Source of the DNA: Candidatus Muiribacteriota bacterium
Lineage (GTDB): Bacteria > Muiribacteriota > Muiribacteriia > Muiribacteriales > Muiribacteriaceae
Direction of reading: 5' to 3'
Assembly (NCBI GenBank): GCA_051747805.1
Contig: JBNJGP010000011.1
Coordinates: forward strand, 1 to 42,542
DNA: 42,542 nucleotides
In this document: piece by piece, positions 13,417 to 23,646 of the stretch
Position numbering within the stretch: the first letter of the stretch is position 1
How the letters are laid out: the number at the start of each line of letters is the position of its first letter
The notes under the pieces: model-generated
Seen by the model: the letters and a program-made list of their open reading frames with translations, nothing else
The model's database searches: none
Told to the model about the DNA's origin: nothing
Made by a program: the position numbers and the translations under genes

Positions 13417-14996
13417 AAAAAATATTTTTTGTTTTCGCTTTTTTGATTATTTTCATAATTGCCCATGCAGAGCAGTTTCAGATGGGAACTTTTGAGGTGC
13501 AAGATGTAAAGGCTTTTATTGACGAAGACAGCTTTAAAAGCAAATATCATCAACAGATTGATATTGATGAAAAGGATAAGACCTCGTTGTTTAGAGACAC
13601 CAAGCTTGATTTTGATAAAAAATCAGAACTTTTTCAATACAGACTGCTTGAGGATGATCTGGAATATTTTTCTTATATATCCTGGAAGATAAGTGATAAT
13701 TCATTTAATGAAATTGATTTAAATTATTTTGAAGAAAATCCCAATTATTCTTTCAGGGGGAATTATTTATATACTTCATATAATAAGGCTGAGTTAAATA
13801 AAAAAAATAAAAAATTCAAGATATTAAGTGAATATGATGATATCTGGGGTTCAATTTCATTTACATCAGAAAGTCTATATCAGGAAAATCGTATTAATCT
13901 TCCGGGTCCACCGGGAGACAGCACAAATTCTTATAGAAACAGCGAGAATATACTTGATTTATGGGCTGAAGGATATTATGAAAAAATACCGGACTGGAGT
14001 TTCTCAGGAAGAGTGGCAGAGCTTGAAAAAACTATCACCGCAGGTTTTGCTGCTGGTTATAACGATTCTATAAAAAACAGTATTTTTGAGGGGAATGCCT
14101 ATCGTCAGCTTGATTTATCTTCAAATAGTTTTATTGATGCAAATATTGGATTAAAATTTGATTCTATTAAAACAGATAACTTCGATAAGTCTAATCATCG
14201 ATTTGATATAGAAGTTGATTATACTATTATGGGAGATGATTATGCTCTTGTAACAAGTCTTGGATTATACAGGGCGAATGTAGAAAATCAAACTGCATTA
14301 AATGCAGAGTATTTTTTTTATGAAGGAAGAAGAGAAAAAGCCAGAATAAGTCTTGGAAAAAAATATTCTCCGGTTAATTATGAAACCCATTATTTTGAAA
14401 AAGATATTGTCCGGGTGAACTCACCTCAGTCAATAGGCGGTGAGTCTTCTGAATTTTTTGAGGGAGGGTATAATTTTAATTATAATGAGGCTTCCATAGA
14501 TTTAACAATTGGAAACGAAAAAATTAAAAATAAGAATTATTATCTTCATAATAATGACTATACCGATGCTATACCTGATCGGGCATTTCAAATTGGGCAA
14601 AAAACAGTAAGTCGTTTTTATATTAATGCCGGCGTTGATTATAAGATTTCAGAGGGACTTAAACTTAATTTAAATTATAATTTTTCAAATTTTGGTAAAA
14701 CAGTACCATATGTACCAGAAAACGTGTGGAGTGCTTCATTTGATTATGATTATACCCAGAGTACAAATATGGAACTTGAGGGACTGTTCACCGGTAAATA
14801 TAAAAATCGTACGGGAGGTATTGAAAACAGCAACTATATTTTAGTAAACTTTTTAATGAATCATGCACTTTCTGATAACCTGGGTTTTACATTAGAAGTT
14901 GAAAATTTACTTGATGAAAAATACTCTTTAATCCCCGGTTATTATGAAGAAGATTTAAGACGAAGTATAAATCTTGGTCTTATATATAATTTTTAA
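13413..14996 (+). CDS. Outer-membrane beta-barrel, TonB-dependent-receptor-like (short)
   Basis: Signal peptide; amphipathic beta strands; VENLLDEKY...PGY...R.INLGLIYNF C-terminus typical of TBDRs; followed by exbB/exbD/tonB. Confidence 0.75.
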
Positions 14997-15017
14997 AGGA
15001 AAATCAGGAGGTAATAA

Positions 15018-15620
15018 ATGGATTTTATTTTTAGAGGCGGCTTTATGATGTTCCCCCTGCTGGTATGCTCAGTACTGGCTGTTGCAATATTTATTGAAAG
15101 GTTAGTTTACTTAAATAAAACAAGACTTGATAGCGAATCTTTAATGGCGAGAATACGTGAAGTTATGGAAGCTGGAAAGATTGAGCTTGCCGTACATACC
15201 TGTAAGAGAGCAGACACACCACTTTCAAGAATTTTACTTGCAGGTATTCAGAATTTTAATAAATCTAAAGAGAACGTAAAAAATGCTATTGAGCAGGCGT
15301 CTCTCGAAGAGTTGCCACAGCTTGAAAAATATGTTCCTGCACTTGGAACAATAGCTCAGATAGCCCCTCTTATCGGGTTTTTAGGAACTGTTACAGGTAT
15401 GATAAAATCATTTAATGTAGTTGCGGCACAGGGACTTGGTAATGACCCGACTGCTTTAGCGGGAGGTATTGCAGAAGCTCTCATTACAACAGCAACAGGA
15501 TTGAGTATAGGTATTCCAACTTTTGTTGTTTATAATTATCTGACAAATAGAATTGATAAATTCCTTATGGAAATTGAAAGAAGAAGTATGGAAATAACAA
15601 ATATTATTCATAAGGAGTAG
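15018..15620 (+). CDS. exbB: MotA/TolQ/ExbB proton channel protein
   Basis: APLIGFLGTVTGMI, GIAEALITTATGL. Confidence 0.9.
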   Translation: MDFIFRGGFMMFPLLVCSVLAVAIFIERLVYLNKTRLDSESLMARIREVMEAGKIELAVHTCKRADTPLSRILLAGIQNFNKSKENVKNAIEQASLEELPQLEKYVPALGTIAQIAPLIGFLGTVTGMIKSFNVVAAQGLGNDPTALAGGIAEALITTATGLSIGIPTFVVYNYLTNRIDKFLMEIERRSMEITNIIHKE

Positions 15621-15626
15621 TTAATA

Positions 15627-16040
15627 ATGGATAGAATTAGAAAACGACGAAGACGAATTAACCTGACAATAGAAAGTGTAGCGATGACAGACGTTGTTTT
15701 TTTACTGTTAATTTTTTTCATGCTTGCAACCACATTTGTTTCACTTGATGCTGGAATCAATGTTGAGCTGCCCACCGGTGGTGTAAGACGCGTTGAGGGT
15801 CAGGAAGAAATAAATTTAAAAGTAACCGAGGACGGAGAGATTTTTTTTGGAAATAAACAGATAAATCAGAATTTTGAAGAAGTTATTGCTGGTGCATTGG
15901 AGTCATCCCCGAACAAAACTGTTATTATCAGCGCAGATAAAAATGTAGGCCATGGCCAGGTTGTTGAAATTATGAATAATGTCCTTAAAATTGGTGCAAA
16001 GAGAATTGCCATAGCCACAAATCCGGAGAGTGAAATTTGA
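15627..16040 (+). CDS. exbD: ExbD/TolR biopolymer transport protein
   Basis: MTDVVFLLLIFFM, V.LP, ISADK. Confidence 0.9.
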   Translation: MDRIRKRRRRINLTIESVAMTDVVFLLLIFFMLATTFVSLDAGINVELPTGGVRRVEGQEEINLKVTEDGEIFFGNKQINQNFEEVIAGALESSPNKTVIISADKNVGHGQVVEIMNNVLKIGAKRIAIATNPESEI

Positions 16041-16960
16041 AATCTATAATTGATTATCTTCATAAAAGAAGAAAAAAATTACTTCCACTGCTTATATCTG
16101 TTATGATTCATCTTATCGCTCTTTTAGCCCTGGATGATCTTATTGATTTTGATATTGCCCTACCTGAAAAACAGCCTGATTATGTTTTTATTGAACCTGT
16201 TTTAATGAGTCATCCAGTTACTGGAAATACTAGAACTCTTGAAGAAGACCTTGAGGAACTTCAGAGCCAGATAAAGCCTGTTGAAGAAATTGAAATAGAG
16301 CAAGCTGAAAGCGAAATTAAACAAAGGGAAATAGAAACCTCTTCAGAAAATCGTCCAGTAATTCTTCCTGAAGAAAGCAGAAGACAAACCCTGAGTTTTT
16401 CAAAAGATATTGAAGCTATTGATATTCAGGAAACGTTTCAGGAGAGACAAGTTCAGACAGAGGTTGTTGAACGTGAATCACCGCGTGCTTTAATTGACCG
16501 TGAGGAATTTACGCCTGTAACAAAAATAACTCCACCAGAACTTTCTGCAGACCGGGAAAGAATTGAAATTCCTGATAGAAAGCCTTCCATGGATTTTGAA
16601 GAAGTTAAAGATACTCAGCGAGAGTCACCGGTTATACAGGCTTCTTATGATAAAATTGATATTGAAATAGAAAGTATAAGCCAGGAACATAGAAAAATTC
16701 CTCAGTTGATTGCATTAAGTCAGCCTGAATATCCACAATGGGCAATTGAGGCTAATTATGAGGGATATGTTCAGTTTAGAATAAATGTGAATAAAAATGG
16801 CTCAGTTTCAAGTATATCAAGACATCAATCTGATTTACCTACTGATTTTGTTGCTTATACAGCCGACTATTTAAGACGATGGGTATTCAGCCCTCTAATT
16901 ATTAATGATGAAAGAGTAGAAAGTCAAATACTGGTAACGATTGTATATAGATTAGAATAA
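16037..16960 (+). CDS. tonB: Energy transducer TonB
   Basis: S...H TM anchor (ISVMIH), acidic linker, C-terminal PEYP..A...EG.V...W.F.P domain. Confidence 0.85.
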   Translation: MKSIIDYLHKRRKKLLPLLISVMIHLIALLALDDLIDFDIALPEKQPDYVFIEPVLMSHPVTGNTRTLEEDLEELQSQIKPVEEIEIEQAESEIKQREIETSSENRPVILPEESRRQTLSFSKDIEAIDIQETFQERQVQTEVVERESPRALIDREEFTPVTKITPPELSADRERIEIPDRKPSMDFEEVKDTQRESPVIQASYDKIDIEIESISQEHRKIPQLIALSQPEYPQWAIEANYEGYVQFRINVNKNGSVSSISRHQSDLPTDFVAYTADYLRRWVFSPLIINDERVESQILVTIVYRLE

Positions 16961-18187
16961 ATGAAGCAAATAATTTTACCGGTTACTTCTAAATGTAATT
17001 TAAACTGTATATTCTGCTCTCATAAAGGTAATCCACCTTCAATTAATATTAGATATTTAAAAAAAAATTATAATCCTCTAGAAAAAGCTTCAAAAATTTT
17101 CAATTCCAACGTAATTATAGGAGAGTCAGCCTCTAAAATAGTTGAAGGAGAACCATTTATTTTCAAACATATTTTTGAACTGATAAAAATTTTAATTCAA
17201 AATAGTAATAAAGTTGAAATAACAACCTCAGCGTCTTTGTTGAGTCAAGAAAAAATAATTAAACTTTCTGAATTTAAAGATTATATTTATTTGAATATTT
17301 CTGTAAACTCAACAAATCAAAAATTGAGAAAAAAAATAATGGGTGAAAAAAATCTTCTGAATATCAAATATACTCTAAAAAAACTTGATGAATATAATAT
17401 AAAATATTGTACCAGTCTTGTAGCGCTAAATCTAAAAGATAATTATGATTATATTTTTAACTCTTTATGCTTTTTAAAAGAAACACAGAGTGAGTTTACC
17501 AAAATTTTTATACCTGGTTTTACAAAAATATTTTCCCCCGAAATAATGCGTGTAAATGTTGAAAAACTAAAAGAAAAAATTCTACCTTTAAGAAAAAAAC
17601 TTCCTTTAATTATTGAACCGCAAAAAATTCCTCCTGCCGTCTTGGTTGAGGGGATTATTAAAAATACGCCAGCTTTTCGAGCTGGACTGGAGTTCGGTGA
17701 TGAAATTTTAAAAATTAATAATGAACAAGTGTTTTCTAAATCTGAAACAATAAAAAAGATAAACTGTTTTCAGAATCCTGAAATTGAATGGAGGAGGGGA
17801 GAAAAAAAAAAAATTAAAAAAATATTTAAACAGAAAGGTGAATCATCCGGTATTTTATGTATTCAGGATATTGATAAAAATAAATTTGATTCCATAAAAA
17901 ATGGGTTAAACAAAAATAATGGTTTAATATTATCTGAGTTTAACTATGATTTTTTTAAAAGTAAATTAAAAAAACAAAATCTGATAAAAGTTAAAAACTC
18001 GTTTTTTGGCGGTAATATTCAATGCAATGGTCTGTTAACTGTTAGCGATATACAAAAAAGTTTAAGAAAAGGGCAGTTCAATAATGTACTTCTCAACCCG
18101 AATTTTTTAGATGAAAATTTTGAGGATATCACTGGCCAGTCCATTTATTCATTAGTAATCAGCCATAAAATAAATCCTGTTTTTTAG
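16961..18187 (+). CDS. Radical SAM protein with PDZ and DUF512-like C-terminus
   Basis: CNLNCIFC motif, GEP, TPAFRAGLEFGDEILKIN PDZ, NSFFGGNI...GLLTVSDI. Confidence 0.85.
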   Translation: MKQIILPVTSKCNLNCIFCSHKGNPPSINIRYLKKNYNPLEKASKIFNSNVIIGESASKIVEGEPFIFKHIFELIKILIQNSNKVEITTSASLLSQEKIIKLSEFKDYIYLNISVNSTNQKLRKKIMGEKNLLNIKYTLKKLDEYNIKYCTSLVALNLKDNYDYIFNSLCFLKETQSEFTKIFIPGFTKIFSPEIMRVNVEKLKEKILPLRKKLPLIIEPQKIPPAVLVEGIIKNTPAFRAGLEFGDEILKINNEQVFSKSETIKKINCFQNPEIEWRRGEKKKIKKIFKQKGESSGILCIQDIDKNKFDSIKNGLNKNNGLILSEFNYDFFKSKLKKQNLIKVKNSFFGGNIQCNGLLTVSDIQKSLRKGQFNNVLLNPNFLDENFEDITGQSIYSLVISHKINPVF

Positions 18188-18299
18188 CTTATATTCATTG
18201 AGAATTGCCGACTTACTTCATCCTCTCTTGTAATTATTTATAAAAAGATATATAATATAAAAAAAAATATATATTAAAATTTAAAAAGGATGGATAACC

Positions 18300-18626
18300 A
18301 TGCAATTATCTAATTTAGAAACAATACCAAATCAAAAAATTATTAAACATATTGGAATAGTTTCCGGTAACACAATAAGAGCAAAACATTTTGGTAGAGA
18401 TATTGCCGCTGGGCTTAAAAATCTTGTGGGCGGCGAGCTTTCTGGTTATACTGAACTGCTTTCTGATGCTAGAAATGAATCTATTCAAAGAATGATAAAA
18501 GAAGCAGAAAATATTGGAGCCAACGCAATTTTAAATATTAGATTTTCTACTTCCTCTGTTATGCAGGGTGCTGCTGAGTTGTATGTTTATGGAACAGCAG
18601 TAGTTCTTGAGGAAACCTCAAAATGA
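18300..18626 (+). CDS. YbjQ family (UPF0145) protein
   Basis: GRDIAAGLKNLVGGELSGYTELL, GANAI, YGTAV. Confidence 0.92.
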   Translation: MQLSNLETIPNQKIIKHIGIVSGNTIRAKHFGRDIAAGLKNLVGGELSGYTELLSDARNESIQRMIKEAENIGANAILNIRFSTSSVMQGAAELYVYGTAVVLEETSK

Positions 18627-19069
18627 CCGAAATTTTAATTTTAATTATTGCTCTAATTGTTTTTGGTTTAATTGGAAATTTCAATGAGTCTAATTCTTTC
18701 CGCGAGATTAATAGATTAAACAAAGAATTATCCTATATTAAAATGCATAATACCAAAAAAATCAATTCAAATCCACAAAAAAGTGGGCTTGTTATTGGAG
18801 ATGTTGTAATTGCAACCGATTTTTTTAAAATGTTTTTTGCATCATTAAAAACTTTTTTTGGCGGAAGACTCAATACTTATGAAAGTCTTCTTCAGCGGGC
18901 AAAAAAAATCGCCCTTATTCGAATGCTTCAGATGGCGCATAAAGAGGATTTTAATGAAGTTTATAATATTAGAATTGAAATGGCTAATATCGGCAGAACA
19001 AAACCGGCAATTGAAGTTTTAGCCTATGGAACAGGTATTAAAACAGAGGAGCCACCAAAAGATTTATGA
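18623..19069 (+). CDS. Membrane-anchored YbjQ family protein
   Basis: N-terminal [25 protein letters not shown]. Confidence 0.85.
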   Translation: MTEILILIIALIVFGLIGNFNESNSFREINRLNKELSYIKMHNTKKINSNPQKSGLVIGDVVIATDFFKMFFASLKTFFGGRLNTYESLLQRAKKIALIRMLQMAHKEDFNEVYNIRIEMANIGRTKPAIEVLAYGTGIKTEEPPKDL

Positions 19070-22026
19070 TAAAAAAGTTTTTAATTATTATTTTATGTAT
19101 TTTTTCCACGTTAGTATTTTCTGAAACAAAAATTCCCTCTCATTTTGATTCAGATTATCAACAGAATTTTCTTGAAAGTATTTTAAGTTCTTCTCCTGTT
19201 GGTCTTGGTGTGGTAAAAGACAGGGAATTTAAATTTGCAAATAAATATATGCAGGATTTACTTGGATATAGCGAAGATGAATTTATAAATAAAAGTGCAA
19301 GAATTATATATACAGATAAGCAGGAATTCCAAAGGGTTGGAAAAATTCTATACCCTGAAGATGGTTATATTAATAAGACAATGGTCACGGCAGATTTGAA
19401 AACAAAAGACGGGGAATTTTTAAACGCTTTTATTCATATTACACCGGTGGATAAAGATGATTTATCAAAAGGACATACTTTCTCAGTTGTAGATGTTACA
19501 GAACTTGTTAAAGCCAAAAATTCCGCCGACAGACATAAGAATTTAATTTTAATTTCAGGGGCGATTTTTTCGCTGATATTAATTTCAATAATTTTTTATT
19601 TAAGATTAAATATACGTAAAAGAAAAAAAGTTGAAAAAGAACTATATAAAAAGGGCGAGAACCTTGCAATAACTTTAAATTCAATTGGGGATGCTGTGAT
19701 TTCTGTCAATCTTAATGAAGAAATTATTCAGCTTAATCCTGTAGCAGAAAAGTTAACGGGGTATAAATTAGAGGAAGTTAAAGGAAAAAAACTCAATTGC
19801 GTATTTAAAATTATTAATGCTAAAACCCGGAAACCGGCTGAAAATCCTGTTGAAAAAGTTTTAGAAAGCTCTAAAATTGTTGGGTTGGCAAATCATACAA
19901 TTCTTATAGATAAAAACAAAAATGAATATCAAATTTCAGATAGTGCTGCTCCAATTAAAGATAATGAGGGTAATATTTCTGGGGTTGTACTTGTTTTCAG
20001 GGATGTAACAAAAGAGTATTCAATTAAGGAGAAAATAATTAAGAGTGAGAAAAAATACAGTCAGCTAGTAAATAAATCAGAGCAGGGAATTGCATTACAT
20101 AAAATAATTTTAGATAAAAACAATAATCCAGTTGATTATAAATTTATTGATGTTAATCCTGCTTTTGAAAAGCTTACAGGTCTTAAAAAAGAAAATATTA
20201 TTGATAAAACTTTTCTTGAAGTTTTGCCTGATTCTGAAGAAATCTGGATTGAAAAATATGGACAAGTTGCCTTAACTGGTGAATCTGTGCAATTTAATAA
20301 TTTTTCCCGGGAATTAGATAAACATTTTGAGATTGTTGCCTACTGTCCTCAAAAATATTATTTTGCAACAATTTTTAATGATATAACTGAGAGGATAAAA
20401 TTAGAGAAAGAACTAAAACAGAGAGAAGAAAGACTTCAGCTGGCAATGGATTCTGCGGAACACGCTTTCTGGGATCTTGATTTAAAAACTATGAAAGCAT
20501 TTTTCAGTCCCAGATACTATACTATGCTGGGTTATGAAGTAAATGAATTAGAACCGAGTTTTAAAACATGGCAAATGCTTTTGCATCCAGAGGATAAAAA
20601 AGAATTATCTGCTAAAATGAATGAACATATAAATAAACATGAAGCTTTTAACGAAGAATTCCGTTTAAAATGCAAAGATGGCACTTATAAGTGGATTTCA
20701 GGTTCAGGTAAATTTTTTTCTGCATCAGCAGAATATCCTGAAGGGCGTATGGTTGGAGTTCATGTTGATATAAATGTTTTAAAAAGTAATGAGCAGAAAC
20801 TGATAGAAATGAATGAAAAACTACAGCAGACTACTGTAGAGGCAGAATTGATGGCTCAGAAGGCCAGTGATTCAAATCAGGCTAAAAGTGAGTTTCTTGC
20901 AAATATGAGTCATGAAATAAGAACCCCAATGAATGCAATAATTGGATACTCAGATTTGCTTTTGCATACCGAACTTTCTAAAACTCAGAATACATATATG
21001 AAAATTGTCCGCAGGGCCAGTACCACTTTACTTGATTTGATAAATGATGTTCTTGATTTTTCTAAAATTGAGGCTGGTAAAATTAATATAAGTTCTGAAA
21101 AAGTTAATTTAAAAGAGTTTATAAAAGAAATTATTGGATTATTTCAATACAAAGCAGAAAATAAAGGAATTAAAATTAATTATAATATAGAATCTAGTAC
21201 GCCTCAAACTGTTTTTTTTGATTCTGTAAGAGTAAGGCAGGTCTTAATGAACTTGTTTTCAAATGCGGTCAAGTTTACTCATGAGGGAAAAATTGATTTA
21301 ATCATTAGCGGGCACACTCACAATAATAAAATAATTCTAGATTTTAAGCTTAAAGATACAGGTATTGGTATTCCTGCAAATAAACAGAAAAAAATATTTG
21401 AGGCTTTTAGACAGGCCGACGGTTCCACAACCCGAAAATATGGAGGAACAGGGCTGGGACTGACTATTTCAGAGAAAATTTTACAGAGAATGGGTTCTAG
21501 CTTAAACGTTGAAAGCGAAGTGGATAAAGGCTCAACTTTTTCATTTAAGTTAAAGCTGAATAAAAAAGAAAATAAAACAGAAAGTAAAAAAATAAAAAAT
21601 AAAAATATTGACAGTAAAAAATTAAATAATGAAAAAGCAAAATTTAACTTTCTTATAGCAGAAGATGATAAAGATAATATGGATTTAACTGTTTTACTGC
21701 TTCAAAAATTTAATAGAACAAACAAAATTTTTAAAGCAATAAATGGTAAAGAGGCTGTAAATATTTTCAAAAAACAGAAAGTTGACATTGTGATTATGGA
21801 TGTGCAGATGCCCGAACTTAATGGAATTGAGGCCACAAAAAAAATAAGAAAAATTGAAAAACAGAAAAAATTTAATCCTGTAACAATAATTGCTTTAACT
21901 GCTGGTGTGTTAAAAGGTGAAAAAGAAAAATGTTATAAAGCGGGTATGGATAATTATGTTACAAAACCGATAAATTCTGAAATTTTTTATGAGGTTATTC
22001 AGGAATCTGATAATGATAAAAATTAA
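19066..22026 (+). CDS. Multi-PAS hybrid sensor histidine kinase/response regulator
   Basis: Four PAS/PAC regions, [18 protein letters not shown]-box, NAVKFT, DTGIG, GGTGLGL, C-terminal receiver (MDVQMP, KP). Confidence 0.95.
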   Translation: MIKKFLIIILCIFSTLVFSETKIPSHFDSDYQQNFLESILSSSPVGLGVVKDREFKFANKYMQDLLGYSEDEFINKSARIIYTDKQEFQRVGKILYPEDGYINKTMVTADLKTKDGEFLNAFIHITPVDKDDLSKGHTFSVVDVTELVKAKNSADRHKNLILISGAIFSLILISIIFYLRLNIRKRKKVEKELYKKGENLAITLNSIGDAVISVNLNEEIIQLNPVAEKLTGYKLEEVKGKKLNCVFKIINAKTRKPAENPVEKVLESSKIVGLANHTILIDKNKNEYQISDSAAPIKDNEGNISGVVLVFRDVTKEYSIKEKIIKSEKKYSQLVNKSEQGIALHKIILDKNNNPVDYKFIDVNPAFEKLTGLKKENIIDKTFLEVLPDSEEIWIEKYGQVALTGESVQFNNFSRELDKHFEIVAYCPQKYYFATIFNDITERIKLEKELKQREERLQLAMDSAEHAFWDLDLKTMKAFFSPRYYTMLGYEVNELEPSFKTWQMLLHPEDKKELSAKMNEHINKHEAFNEEFRLKCKDGTYKWISGSGKFFSASAEYPEGRMVGVHVDINVLKSNEQKLIEMNEKLQQTTVEAELMAQKASDSNQAKSEFLANMSHEIRTPMNAIIGYSDLLLHTELSKTQNTYMKIVRRASTTLLDLINDVLDFSKIEAGKINISSEKVNLKEFIKEIIGLFQYKAENKGIKINYNIESSTPQTVFFDSVRVRQVLMNLFSNAVKFTHEGKIDLIISGHTHNNKIILDFKLKDTGIGIPANKQKKIFEAFRQADGSTTRKYGGTGLGLTISEKILQRMGSSLNVESEVDKGSTFSFKLKLNKKENKTESKKIKNKNIDSKKLNNEKAKFNFLIAEDDKDNMDLTVLLLQKFNRTNKIFKAINGKEAVNIFKKQKVDIVIMDVQMPELNGIEATKKIRKIEKQKKFNPVTIIALTAGVLKGEKEKCYKAGMDNYVTKPINSEIFYEVIQESDNDKN

Positions 22027-22125
22027 ATCTTTATGTCATACTGATTAAAAACTTCTTACATTTAAAATAAAATTACGTTATAATAAAAAGAAGAATAATT
22101 TATTATGATTTTAAGCGGAGGCATT

Positions 22126-22773
22126 ATGAAAAAAACATTTATATTTTTAGTTATTGTAGCTTTAGCTTTTACTGGGAGTGCTTATGAAAGAAGCCATCAG
22201 CATCAGGATTATCTTGATTCAATTCTTGACCCTGTAAGTATTAGAAGAGACGCTGATATTTCACGCTTAAGCAGAACTGATACTGTTAGAAATATTGGTG
22301 ATGGTTTTATGCTGGGATTCAGTGAAAACTTTTTAAATGCAATTGTACATAAACATGTAGAGCATGAGGCTTTAAAAGATTTTAATCTTTATTTTAGAGA
22401 TGGTGTTTTTGTGATAGATGGTGTTATTTATTTTGACCTGCTTGACCTTGATATTCCATTCACTGTGCATGGTAACTTTCAGGTTCCCAGGGATAATAGT
22501 CTATACCTTGATATAGCAGAAGCAAAAGTATGGGAAGAGGGAAATCTTCCAACACACGTTCTTTTAGAAAAAGTGATAGAATTTGTGGCTGATAATACTG
22601 AAATTTCAAAATTTATTTATTTAGGATATGAGTCTGTTTCGGCCAGAAGATATGATGAATATGGCAGAATAATTATTATACCTAAACTTGAAGATATTGC
22701 CCCAAATATTCCAGACATTACAATTACTGATATAAATACATTTTTTGAAGAAATTATTATTAAAGGGAAATAA
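22126..22773 (+). CDS. Secreted hypothetical protein
   Basis: Start moved to ATG 22126 (GGAGG RBS); signal peptide MKKTFIFLVIVALAF. Confidence 0.7.
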   Translation: MKKTFIFLVIVALAFTGSAYERSHQHQDYLDSILDPVSIRRDADISRLSRTDTVRNIGDGFMLGFSENFLNAIVHKHVEHEALKDFNLYFRDGVFVIDGVIYFDLLDLDIPFTVHGNFQVPRDNSLYLDIAEAKVWEEGNLPTHVLLEKVIEFVADNTEISKFIYLGYESVSARRYDEYGRIIIIPKLEDIAPNIPDITITDINTFFEEIIIKGK

Positions 22774-22838
22774 TAAGAGCAGATGAAGGATAAACGATAT
22801 ATTTTAGATTAGAATAAGTAATTACAGGGGGATAGATT

Positions 22839-23612
22839 ATGAAAAAAATGCTATTATTAACTATGATTATCAGTGTTTTTACAATAACTTCATTTGCATC
22901 TGATGATTATTTTTTCAGTATAAGCGAACCGTTTGTAAATAAATATATTGATTTTTTTGAAGAGGAATTCAATGAAAGTAGTCTTTCAAAATTCAACTTT
23001 GAATTTGCTGGAAATAATGAAGGTAAAATAACCTGCAGATATTTAATTGTTCCTGTTAGAATAGATTTTACACTTGAGCAGGCCGAAGTAAATCAGATTG
23101 ATTTTTTTATTGAAAGATTTCGTGTTTTAGGTTTTATTCCATTGTCAAAAAAAATGCTTGCGCGCAAGATTATGGAATCTCTTGATGAAGTGCCGGCCAT
23201 GAAAGAAGTTGTTAATATTGCTGTTCGTAATGGTAGAGATGATGAAACTTTTGGTATTACTGTCAGATTTCAGAAAAGTCCTGTAGAACTTCTTTCTGAG
23301 CTTACAGTTGATAATGCAAATCTTAATCGTGAAAGAATGTCTATTTTCGGTAATGTATTTGAGGATACCTCGCATTATACCACCTCAAATACGGCTGATA
23401 ATGACAATAATTCAAGTTCAAATTCTATTATGTATGTTGATGTAAGTGCGGCTAATTTAAGAACTGGTCCAGATACTGGGTTTGAAAAAATTAATACAAT
23501 CACCCGTGATACAAAAGTTCAAATTCTTGCAAGACTGGAAGACTGGTATAAAATTCGAGTTGTTGATACTGGATTTGAGGGTTATATTTACGGAGAACTT
23601 TTAAGGCAATAA
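22839..23612 (+). CDS. Secreted protein with C-terminal SH3b domain
   Basis: Signal peptide; S/N-rich linker; ANLRTGPDT...WYKI...EGYI SH3b. Confidence 0.8.
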   Translation: MKKMLLLTMIISVFTITSFASDDYFFSISEPFVNKYIDFFEEEFNESSLSKFNFEFAGNNEGKITCRYLIVPVRIDFTLEQAEVNQIDFFIERFRVLGFIPLSKKMLARKIMESLDEVPAMKEVVNIAVRNGRDDETFGITVRFQKSPVELLSELTVDNANLNRERMSIFGNVFEDTSHYTTSNTADNDNNSSSNSIMYVDVSAANLRTGPDTGFEKINTITRDTKVQILARLEDWYKIRVVDTGFEGYIYGELLRQ

Positions 23613-23646
23613 TAAAATTAAGGCTTAATCCAGAGTAATTCTAATT

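Noticed and set aside
17802..17813. A12 tract in the radical SAM gene as a phase-variation switch
   Set aside because: The frame is intact and long A/T runs are common throughout this AT-rich window.
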